Shown piece after piece: positions 11,031-18,814 of a stretch of 64,000 nucleotides of DNA (positions are counted from its first letter, which is position 1; each line of letters opens with the position of its first letter). The DNA is from a virus. The stretch lies in IMG/VR virus record IMGVR_UViG_3300044858_003398; one strand, given 5' to 3'. The translations under genes were made by a program, and so were the position numbers. Under the pieces are notes generated by a model. That model did no database searches and was not told where the DNA came from. It saw only the letters and a program-made list of their open reading frames with translations.

Positions 11031-11108
11031 TCCGGAGGTAGATAGAATTGGCCACCTATCGAGTCGTCACAGACGACTCTAGCTCAATTGGCCGTAAAGA
11101 GTACCGGA
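11031..11108 (+). ncRNA. Circularly permuted tRNA-like RNA module
   Basis: Closing stem TCCGG/CCGGA; T-like arm GATAG/CTATC; loop-closed acceptor GAGTCGTC-ACA-GACGACTC; TA linker; D-arm GCTC-AATTGGCCGTAAA-GAGT. Confidence 0.65.
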
Positions 11109-11115
11109 TCTGAAA

Positions 11116-11260
11116 CGATCGGCGGCGTTGACAGCGAAACGCACACGAGGCGAAGTACAAGCTGAGTGAATACCACAAGACTTACCGGGCTGGAAAACGA
11201 TGGCAGTCCCTGACGGAGCAATCCGCCAATAAGATACAGGTGCAATTCCTGTCCGATCGA
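11116..11260 (+). ncRNA. tRNA-like RNA with the anticodon arm replaced by a ~90 nt insert
   Basis: Acceptor CGATCGG/CCGATCG-A; D-like arm GCGT..ACGC; T-arm ACAGG-TGCAATT-CCTGT. Confidence 0.6.
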
Positions 11261-11502
11261 TCTGATTTGGGACGAATGCTAGTATAGTCTACAATTTTTA
11301 ACTGTCCCGACTATACAACTTTTTGTCGTCCCATTAATATGCCGATGGCTTTATAGCATCGGAACGATGCAGGCAGGTTCAATTCCTGCTCGTTGACCGA
11401 GATCTGGTGAAAGAGGTGGCTCGAAGCCATCACTGGTGAAAACCTTAGGGAGTGCCCCGCCTTGACGGGGAGGTCCGAGTGATGGCCGTTAGCCATCTAT
11501 AT

Positions 11503-11574
11503 CGTTACTGGGAGGTAAGTATCTTGGACGGGCTCATAACCCGTTTTAAATCGGGGCGGTTCCGATAGTAACCA
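11503..11574 (+). tRNA. Divergent initiator-type tRNA-Met (CAU)
   Basis: Anticodon stem ACGGG/CCCGT (three G-C pairs) with loop CTCATAA; acceptor GTTACT/AGTAAC with unpaired position 1; non-canonical T-loop GGCGGTT. Confidence 0.7.
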
Positions 11575-11907
11575 CTTGGCTTCGCAAGAAGCCTAGAACA
11601 CTAGGCGTTAGCTGCATACTCCTATGGGGGGTGTTATTCCGAACAAGTATGGATTAGCTGTCCAGAAAAACTAGGAATGGCCACAAAGGGCAAATAGGTA
11701 GGGCTCTGAGGCTTGCTGGACGAAACGACCTGTTCCTAGTGTTCTTTTTTCGAAACTGCTTCGTAAGAAGCGCAGGTAACGTATAAGGGGGCCAAAGACC
11801 GTGGTTCTCGTGAAATAAACACCCAGAGGGAAACCTAGGCTGGGTGATAAAAACACGACGTAGCTTTTGGATGGCTTACGCCATCTCTGTACTTCTTGCG
11901 AAGCCTT

Positions 11908-11979
11908 TGACCAATAGCATAATCGGCAGTGTAACTGACTTTGACTCAGTTGGCGGTAGTTCGAATCTACCTTGGTCAA
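11908..11979 (+). tRNA. tRNA-Gln (UUG)
   Basis: Acceptor TGACCAA/TTGGTCA; ACTGA-CTTTGAC-TCAGT; T-arm GGTAG-TTCGAAT-CTACC. Confidence 0.9.
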
Positions 11980-12201
11980 TGTCAAGCAAGCGTAAGCTTG
12001 CGTACTCTGTGGGGCGAAGGTACGTCGCCCATTACTAGTATAAACCAAGTATGTCTTGAGACAAACTAGTAATCGTACACAGAGGCCCCTCGGGGCATTA
12101 GATCGTTGGTTCCACAGGTAGGTGAGTCATTGGAACATCTTGTCCGGCACTTCGTGGAGTCTCTCTGGCCGGAGAATAAATAGAGACCTAGGCCTACCAT
12201 C

Positions 12202-12273
12202 GGTTCTATAGTGTATCGGTTCGCACGACAGCCTGTCATGCTGTTAGGATGAGTTCAACTCTCATTGGAATCG
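12202..12273 (+). tRNA. tRNA-Asp (GUC)
   Basis: Acceptor GGTTCTA/TGGAATC-G; ACAGC-CTGTCAT-GCTGT; T-arm ATGAG-TTCAACT-CTCAT. Confidence 0.88.
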
Positions 12274-12464
12274 CTTAATAAGGCAAAGTCCATGAAAATC
12301 TATTTCGTAGTAACCCGTGACACTTCTTTTACTGGTCCAGACTCCGTCATCTGCGTAACCGCCGACAAGACAAAAGCCCTTGAGTACATGCTCCCTTGTC
12401 GATATATCAAAGAGTTCGATGTAGAAACTGACCAATTTGCCGACAAATCGAACGATTTGAGGCC

Positions 12465-12492
12465 TTGACTTCCCAAAAACGCCTGATAAAAT
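12465..12492 (+). promoter_or_regulatory. Sigma70-type promoter upstream of ORF 12517 and the tmRNA
   Basis: TTGACT, 16 nt spacer, TAAAAT. Confidence 0.6.
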
Positions 12493-12757
12493 GCGATCTG
12501 ACGATCCAAAACACAAATGACAAGGGGCGAAGTCATGAGCAGAGAAGATTTCGAGGATACAATCCTCTTTGATAAAATGGGTGAGTACATTGTGAATGAG
12601 ACTCTCGTCTCAGTCCAGTACTTCAGGGATGATCTGAAGGTCGGCTACTACAATGCAATCTCGGGGAATTCGGAAACCTATTCTGGGGTTGAGGTGGCCG
12701 ATCATATCCTAAGGAATCTCACCTTCAGTGAGACTCCTTATTAGGGCGAAGCCAAAC

Positions 12758-13030
12758 GGGCCGTAATTGATTTGAATGGCAATTAAGGCAATAACTGCGG
12801 GTAGGAGTTGGTCAACGGCTCCTTAAAAATTGACCGAACAATAACTGCAAAAACCTTTGCTGTAGCTGCATAAGCTGGAGGGTCTCATGCCCCTCCTTAC
12901 AAAAGCATGAGAGCAACGATACGCAACGTCAGCTTGGCTGACCACACGAACCGGGGGCTTTAGCCCCATACACCCGTAGACGTTATTGATGAGATTGTTC
13001 CATGACGGCATGTCGAAGTGCCACGGTCCA
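12758..13030 (+). ncRNA. ssrA: tmRNA; tag reading frame AKTFAVAA*
   Basis: Acceptor GGGCCGT/ACGGTCC-A with G3-U70; pk1-like GGAGTTGGTCAACGGCTCC..TTGACC; ATAACT then resume codon GCA AAA ACC TTT GCT GTA GCT GCA TAA (12847-12873). Confidence 0.92.
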
Positions 13031-13220
13031 TGAGCCCAATAGGGCTCTGATTTTCAGGCGTGACAGAATAGGCGAGCAAAACCCTTAGACAAGGTGTCGC
13101 AGACTTATTCCGGTGGGGTGTTTTCTTTAGCAGATTCTTGGGACCACGGGCGTTCACTCAAAAGAATCGCCGGTCTGAGTAATCCTACGTCTAATAGGAG
13201 AGCTATCACAGACCGTATCC

Positions 13221-13305
13221 TCCGGATTTTCCCATCGCTAAACTGTAAATTTAGTGCCATTAATATGATGGGTGGCGGCAAGTAGTTCGATTCTTCAATC
13301 CGGAA
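13221..13305 (+). ncRNA. Aberrant tRNA-Tyr-like RNA (GUA loop) lacking a D-arm
   Basis: Terminal stem TCCGGATT/AATCCGGA; GCTAAA-CTGTAAA-TTTAGT; long variable arm; TTCGATT loop on a weak T-stem. Confidence 0.5.
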
Positions 13306-13352
13306 TTTGGTGCCTTCGGCACCATAGACTCTCTTAAAATACCGAAGATATC

Positions 13353-13592
13353 ATGATCCAAACAACTCCAGCCAGAAACCTAGATGGAACCACCAAGGTG
13401 GATGGGACCGTAGTCATCTGTCTCAAGGATGGTCGGGTCGAAGAGGTAGTCTCAGACCTACAGCTTGATGTACAGGTGTTCAGTGTGGATTACGACTATG
13501 ATGGAGGGCGAGGATATGAGGGAAGACCGTCCCGGCCCCTCTGGGAATTTTTGAGGAAACTCATACATCTCCACTCGACAAACGAGAGATGA
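13353..13592 (+). CDS. Hypothetical protein
   Basis: ORF track; isolated ORF within the RNA island. Confidence 0.5.
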   Translation: MIQTTPARNLDGTTKVDGTVVICLKDGRVEEVVSDLQLDVQVFSVDYDYDGGRGYEGRPSRPLWEFLRKLIHLHSTNER

Positions 13593-13881
13593 TCAAGTAA
13601 ACTTGATAGACCACTAACAAATCCTGTGTCCCTGCGTGTGAAGGACTCCTCATTTTCACACAGAAGCTCGGATAAGTTCAGCAGAGACTAAGGATAAGAA
13701 ACTTGTTAGTGGCCTTTTAGATCTGGCAAACGCTTATGAAATAATAAGAGAATCGATTTGGGTCAAGCTTTCCTTCGGGGATTCTCCAGATGCCTAGGCT
13801 TCCCTTCTAGGTCTTTCAAAAGAATAAATCTTATAGCCACTACGGACACTTTCCGAGATTAAAGTGTCTAAGATCTTTTAT

Positions 13882-13954
13882 GGCTCCGTATCCCAATGCA
13901 GAGGAACTCGGCCTAGACCCGAGTAACGTGTCGGCTCGTTCCCGACCGGAGCTA
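13882..13954 (+). tRNA. tRNA with UAG anticodon (Leu-type), short variable region, C33
   Basis: Acceptor GGCTCCG/CGGAGCT-A; CTCGG-CCTAGAC-CCGAG; T-arm GTCGG-CTCGTTC-CCGAC. Confidence 0.75.
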
Positions 13955-14178
13955 CTTCACTACAGAAGCCGATAGGCCTATGCGTGAAGCCCTGATATAC
14001 GGCGATGTTGCAACATCTGTATATCCTTTTACTAGGTTGTGTCAATCTAGTCGGTCTTGCCTAACCGTGCTAGGCACTCAGATTACTTGAGTATGCAGTA
14101 GTCCGCTAAATTCGCCAGCGGTAGTTGGCAAAGGCAGGCTGAACAAGGCTGTCCGGTTGGCTGCAAGGCCAACACTTT

Positions 14179-14250
14179 GGCCGATTAGTTTATTTGGTAA
14201 AACATCTCCCTTGTAACGAGAAAAGCTCAGATCGTAGCTGAGATTGGCCT
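14179..14250 (+). tRNA. tRNA-Thr (UGU), divergent
   Basis: Acceptor GGCCGAT/ATTGGCC; TCTCC-CTTGTAA-CGAGA with a C:C mismatch; T-arm CTCAG-ATCGTAG-CTGAG. Confidence 0.75.
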
Positions 14251-14286
14251 ATCATTCCGGACAAAACTGCTAAGTAGGAACTTCAA

Positions 14287-14721
14287 ATGGGTGTTAATTA
14301 CGACCAGAAGTGCATGGTGGGAATAGAAGTTGATCTCTCAGATATCACCTATGTGGTCTCTGAAGCTGTCTATGAGGACCAAAACCGTTACGACCCACGT
14401 ACTGGCAAGATTCTCAAAACTGAGAAAGTGCTTGTAAAAGCAGCAGAACTTGAATATGTGTTCATGGGAAAAGAGAGCGACGACTGGTATTGTATGATTG
14501 AGAACATCGCTGAAGAGCTTGGTCTTGATTGTTACGTACCGAGAAGTGATGACGAGCAATACTTCTACATCGGCACGTTCGTCGGAGAGGAACAAGACAT
14601 GGGCAATGTCGATATGCTCACCGGCTCTGTCGAGATAAGCTATCTCGTAAAGCTTGCAGAAGAACTCAAGAGTAAACTCTCAGGAAATATCTCCCTTCAC
14701 TTTTTAAGTAGTGCAGGTTGA
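14287..14721 (+). CDS. Acidic hypothetical protein
   Basis: ORF with AGGA upstream. Confidence 0.65.
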   Translation: MGVNYDQKCMVGIEVDLSDITYVVSEAVYEDQNRYDPRTGKILKTEKVLVKAAELEYVFMGKESDDWYCMIENIAEELGLDCYVPRSDDEQYFYIGTFVGEEQDMGNVDMLTGSVEISYLVKLAEELKSKLSGNISLHFLSSAG

Positions 14722-14878
14722 TGCAGATCACATCCATAGTGACATTGAAACCTTCTATAAGGAGCGTAGCTCTGGATAAAGATCAGAAATTCTGGCTCCT
14801 CTTCTGGACCATCGTGGTCGTGTACTTCCTAGGAAGTAATGCCCTTCACATCCTGTCGAAATATCTTGAAATTCACAG

Positions 14879-14907
14879 TTGACAAACAGGCTGAAGCCTG
14901 TTATGAT
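14879..14907 (+). promoter_or_regulatory. Sigma70-type promoter with palindromic spacer
   Basis: TTGACA, 17 nt spacer (AACAGGC-TGAA-GCCTGTT), TATGAT. Confidence 0.75.
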
Positions 14908-14944
14908 GTAGAAAACGAGGCAAGTTGCTTTCAGAGAGTCGGAG

Positions 14945-15628
14945 ATGGACGAAATCAAAATTTTGATAGACTGTACATTTGGGCAAAACTATGGGAAAAA
15001 TCCCATAAAAACCTCAAGGGCGGTCTATCGAATCTTATGTCTGCCAAATCATAAAGTTTATGTTGGCTCTACAAACAACGCTATAGTTAGATTTCGCACC
15101 CACAAGGCGAGATTATCTAATGGTGAATTCCATTCTGTAGCGATGCAGTCTGATTTCAATTTCTATGGGAAAGAAAACTTTTCATTTGGAATCATAGAAG
15201 ATGATATCTTGATAGGAGTCGATAACATATATGCTAGGGAGGCATATTACATACGGCTTTATGATTCAACTAATCCAGATTGCGGATACAATCTTGCCCA
15301 CGTTAACGAATCCGGATCGTGCAAGTTCTCTGAAGATACAAAAAAGAAAATGAGTAAATCTGCCGAGGGCAGGATAAACTCAAGCGAGACTAGGGCAAAG
15401 ATCAAACTAGCTAACACTGGTAGAACTCCAGCCAAGCATAGCATAGAAGCCGCAGTAATCTCAAGATCAAAAAGGCATACCTTCGTTTCCCCAGATGGGG
15501 AAGTGGTGGAGATCTTCAATATTAGTAAGTTTTGTAGAGAGCACAACTTACAACAATCGTGCATGTCAGAAGTATCAAACGGTAATAGGAATTTTCACAA
15601 AGGTTGGAGGAACTATAATGGGCGTTAA
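14945..15628 (+). mobile_element. GIY-YIG homing endonuclease with NUMOD3 repeats
   Basis: AVYRI....HKVYVGST....RF..H; E..YI..Y.S....GYN; NUMOD3-like SEDTKKKMS and SSETRAKIK. Confidence 0.88.
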
Positions 15629-16358
15629 GTTGAATCAGATCATTGCTATTGCAAACGGAAAGAAAGCAGCAGCCACTGCCGCCATCACGGAAATTTACAA
15701 GGTCTTGCAGAAACCGGACCTGTTCGGGGGTTTCACTCGGGTTTACCAGCCCAATGACGACGAGGGCGAGAAGCTCCCCTCGGAATCTAAGATTGTTCAG
15801 CAGACGGTCGCTGCAAACCTACGAGCCGCCCAAGAGCAACTGGTTGAACTCTTCGACACTATTGCTACTCAAGAGGTGGCAAACTGTGAGGCTAAAGCCG
15901 ATATCGTGGTCGGTGGGACGACCTTGGCCACCCAAGTTCCCGTCTCGCTCATGCTTTTCCTTGAGAAGCAAGTAGACAACATGAAAGCACTGATTTCCAA
16001 GCTGCCCGTGCTCAGCACGGACACTAACTGGAAGGTTTCTGAGAGCGATCCAAACATCCACGTTACGGATACAGTGACGACCACACGAACCAAGAAGGTG
16101 CCCAAGGCGTTTGTCAAGGCAGCAGCCACTGACAAGCATCCTGCCCAAGTTGATGTCTTTACTGAAGACATTATCGTAGGAAACTGGAACAAGGTGGAAA
16201 TGTCTTCAGCGGTGCGAATCTCAACACGAGACGCGATGCTCAAAAAGGTCGACTCTCTCCGAGAGGCGATCAAGATGGCTCGCGAAGAAGCGAACTCCAT
16301 CGAAGTAAAGAAAATTGAGATTGGTAAGAAGATTACCGATTTCGTGTTTGGCGGCTAA
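15618..16358 (+). CDS. Uncharacterised helical/coiled-coil protein (MGVKLNQIIAI...) linked to a downstream ncRNA
   Basis: GGAGG at 15606-15610 before ATG 15618; 246 aa; long amphipathic helices at both ends around a beta-rich middle. Confidence 0.85.
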   Translation: MGVKLNQIIAIANGKKAAATAAITEIYKVLQKPDLFGGFTRVYQPNDDEGEKLPSESKIVQQTVAANLRAAQEQLVELFDTIATQEVANCEAKADIVVGGTTLATQVPVSLMLFLEKQVDNMKALISKLPVLSTDTNWKVSESDPNIHVTDTVTTTRTKKVPKAFVKAAATDKHPAQVDVFTEDIIVGNWNKVEMSSAVRISTRDAMLKKVDSLREAIKMAREEANSIEVKKIEIGKKITDFVFGG

Positions 16359-16369
16359 TCGCCCCAAAC

Positions 16370-16800
16370 GAACCATATTGAGGACCTCTGGTCCCTCTGG
16401 AAAGTAGAGTAGCCTTAGTATAAGATTCAGTTTCATTCGTATTGATGGCAAAGTGTTGGTTCAAATCCAACCCCCTGCATTTTCAACCACGCAGGGGTAG
16501 CCCAACGGTAGAGGCACCATCAACGAAGTAAGCTTTAGCTTATCTCTACAGGCTAAGTACCGATAGTAGAGTTGTAAATCCAGTTCTTATCGACAAACAT
16601 TTGTTTATACGGGTTCAACTCCCGTGGTCGAAGCCATGTTCAGATGCGTCTGAGCTAGGCTTCGACCTAGCATAACGGTTAATGCAGCAGACATAAGAAT
16701 GATCGATAGGATTAAACGAAGATAGTTACAACAATACTAGTAATCCGAAAGGATATAACACTACCGCCCCGGTCTATGTGCTATTAGGCCGGGGCATTTT
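16370..16800 (+). ncRNA. Large structured RNA with two permuted tRNA-like (YrlA-like) modules
   Basis: Module 1 at 16442-16523 and module 2 at about 16583-16700; each has a T-arm (TTCAAAT or TTCAACT loop), a closed acceptor stem and a D-arm (AACGGT loop) on a long imperfect stem. Confidence 0.8.
16766..16800 (+). terminator. Intrinsic terminator
   Basis: GCCCCGGTCTA...TAGGCCGGGGC followed by ATTTT. Confidence 0.8.
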
Positions 16801-16830
16801 GTTGGCTACGCCAACCTTTAAGGAGAAACC

Positions 16831-17109
16831 ATGAAAGTTGTTGTAAATAGATGCTGGGGTAGGTTCAGCCTATCTCAAGAAGCTTGCGAGGCCCTCGGGC
16901 TTAAATGGAATGGATATGATTACTCCCACAGATATAATGATAAACACAGGACCGACCCAAAGCTTGTCGAAGTAGTCGAAAAACTTGGAGATCGAGCCAA
17001 TGGTAGCTGTGCCGAACTTCGAGTTATCGAGATCCCTAATGGGATTGATTGGTATATTGATGATCATGACGGGATGGAGACCGTGAGAGAGAAACATAGA
17101 TCGTGGTGA
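16831..17109 (+). CDS. Hypothetical phage protein
   Basis: AAGGAG ribosome binding site; RTDPKLVEVVEKLG...DGMETV. Confidence 0.75.
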   Translation: MKVVVNRCWGRFSLSQEACEALGLKWNGYDYSHRYNDKHRTDPKLVEVVEKLGDRANGSCAELRVIEIPNGIDWYIDDHDGMETVREKHRSW

Positions 17110-17123
17110 TCTAAAGATCTTTT

Positions 17124-17195
17124 GGGGCTATAGTGTAGGGAATAACACGACAATCTTCTAAATTGTAAAGCTAAGTTTGAGTCTTAGTAGCCCTA
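17124..17195 (+). tRNA. tRNA-Arg (UCU)
   Basis: Acceptor GGGGCTA/TAGCCCT-A; ACAAT-CTTCTAA-ATTGT; T-arm CTAAG-TTTGAGT-CTTAG. Confidence 0.85.
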
Positions 17196-17230
17196 TTTTG
17201 AGACGAAGTCTCCAGTAAAGAGAAAGACCT

Positions 17231-18294
17231 ATGGTCATCTACATACCACCAATAGTCCTATGGCTCTCTGCCATTCCAATAATATTCTTGGTGTGGTTCA
17301 TAGCATTCTTTATCCTTGGTCTGGTAATTAACTGTGGGTGGTTCGGTCGCCTATGCGGCGATAGCTGGAAAGTTAGACAATTTGTTGAAGCCGCAGTAAT
17401 AGCCTTCTTAATACTTCTTCCGGCCTTCACAGCAACCTTGCTGGGATTAGCATACCACAAACTCGGACTATTTTAAAGGACCTTAATTATGCCAACCGGA
17501 TATACAGCAGGCGTTGCAGACGGAACTATCACTGACTTCAAGGAATACGCACTGCAATGTGCCAGAGCCTTCGGGGCGTGCGTAATGCTACGCGACGATC
17601 CTCTTAGTGGCGAAATCCCAGAGTTCGAGCCTAGCGATTATTATGCTAAACAACTATCTGAGCTAGAAACAGAGCTTGGTATATTCATTAATATGGGTCC
17701 AGTCGAAAGGCGATCTCTCTACGAAACTGAACAGATCAAGAGAATGAAGGAAAAAGAGCTTGGGCTCGCCAGTAAAAGAGAAGAAAGGGCCAGATATGAA
17801 TCTATGCTAGCTAAAGCTAAAGCATTCAAGTCCCCATCTCCTGACCATGATAGTTATGCCAAATTTATTGTGGAACAACTAGAGCAGTCGATTGATTTTG
17901 ACTGTGATACTTCATACTATGACGACCAAACAATACCTTCTTTTGATAAATGGCAAGACGAAAGATTGCAAGAATTAATCTCTGGTATTAAAAGAGCTAG
18001 AAGTAGTGTGAAAGAGGAGCAGGAACAAACCGATAGCCGCAACAAATGGGTCAAACAACTAAAGGAGACACTGGGATGCCAACAGTAAAAGAGAAGGTCT
18101 ATGATGACCAGATCTTTCCTTTAATGTCACAGATCCTAAAAATCTGCAAAGACAACAAAATAGATATGGTATTTGACGCATACTTAGGATATGATGATCA
18201 GGCCGGAGAAGATCTACATTGCACCTCTGCTCTTCTAAAATCGTCGTCGCCAGAGCACATGCACAGAGCTTTTAAGATACTGAAACCTAATTAG
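17231..18294 (+). CDS. Membrane protein (17231-17476), MPTGYT protein (17489-18088) and a small protein (about 18076-18294)
   Basis: Tandem ORFs; two hydrophobic helices in the first. Confidence 0.7.
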
Positions 18295-18304
18295 GGCAAA
18301 GCCT

Positions 18305-18814
18305 ATGACCTTCCTAGACCTATTTGATTCTCCCTATTCCCCAGCTAACGACGACAAAGTCACTCGTCTAGCTCGTGAGCTTCCCAAGCTGCCAAAGTCC
18401 ATTATCATTGTGGACGTTAGTGGTAGCATGGAATTGCCTAACGGCAATTATTCAAGGTTGCAAATTGCGGCAGCTTTAGCTGCCGAGATCAAGTTGCGGG
18501 CTGACGCACCCCTATATGCCAGTTCAGGCCTTGACTCTGACCAATCCCACATCACCGAGCAACTCAACTATGATGGGTTTAATCTATGGTTGGCCCTAAG
18601 AAGAGCCTGTTATGATTTTGGTGGTGGTGGGATCTTCCTAGAAAAAGCTGTTAAGCATGTCAGCCACTACCATGTCAAGCCTGAAAGGCTTTACATCCTT
18701 ACAGATGAGCAGAACTCCTACCTGCCAACTTTCGGCAAAAGCGTCTTCAATGTTGATGTCGGTTGTCAGTCCTTCGAAGAAACTCGCAGAATGCTAGATT
18801 TGGAGGTCGCATGA
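18305..18814 (+). CDS. Stand-alone VWA domain resembling the C-terminal domain of TROVE/Ro60-like proteins
   Basis: MIDAS motif IIIVDVSGSM, AAALAA helix, GGGIF and LYILTDEQ; no TROVE HEAT-repeat region. Confidence 0.7.
   Translation: MTFLDLFDSPYSPANDDKVTRLARELPKLPKSIIIVDVSGSMELPNGNYSRLQIAAALAAEIKLRADAPLYASSGLDSDQSHITEQLNYDGFNLWLALRRACYDFGGGGIFLEKAVKHVSHYHVKPERLYILTDEQNSYLPTFGKSVFNVDVGCQSFEETRRMLDLEVA

Noticed and set aside
11655-11735. Possible hammerhead ribozyme (CTGAGG...CTGGACGAAAC)
   Set aside because: The CUGANGA core is not present 5' of the GTCCAG/CTGGAC stem, and stems I and III cannot be formed convincingly
13882-13954. Amber suppressor (CUA) reading of the loop CCTAGAC, implying genome recoding
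   Set aside because: The 5 bp stem places TAG at positions 34-36, and TAG acts as a normal stop in well-conserved genes such as the ligase and rIIB
10850-14280. Short ORFs called across the RNA island (for example 11311-11496, 11671-12048, 11844-12038, 12823-13285)
   Set aside because: They overlap tRNA, tmRNA or structured RNA, lack ribosome binding sites and have non-protein-like composition
14759-14850. tRNA-like start GGAGCGTAGCTC
   Set aside because: No consistent D, anticodon or T arms follow
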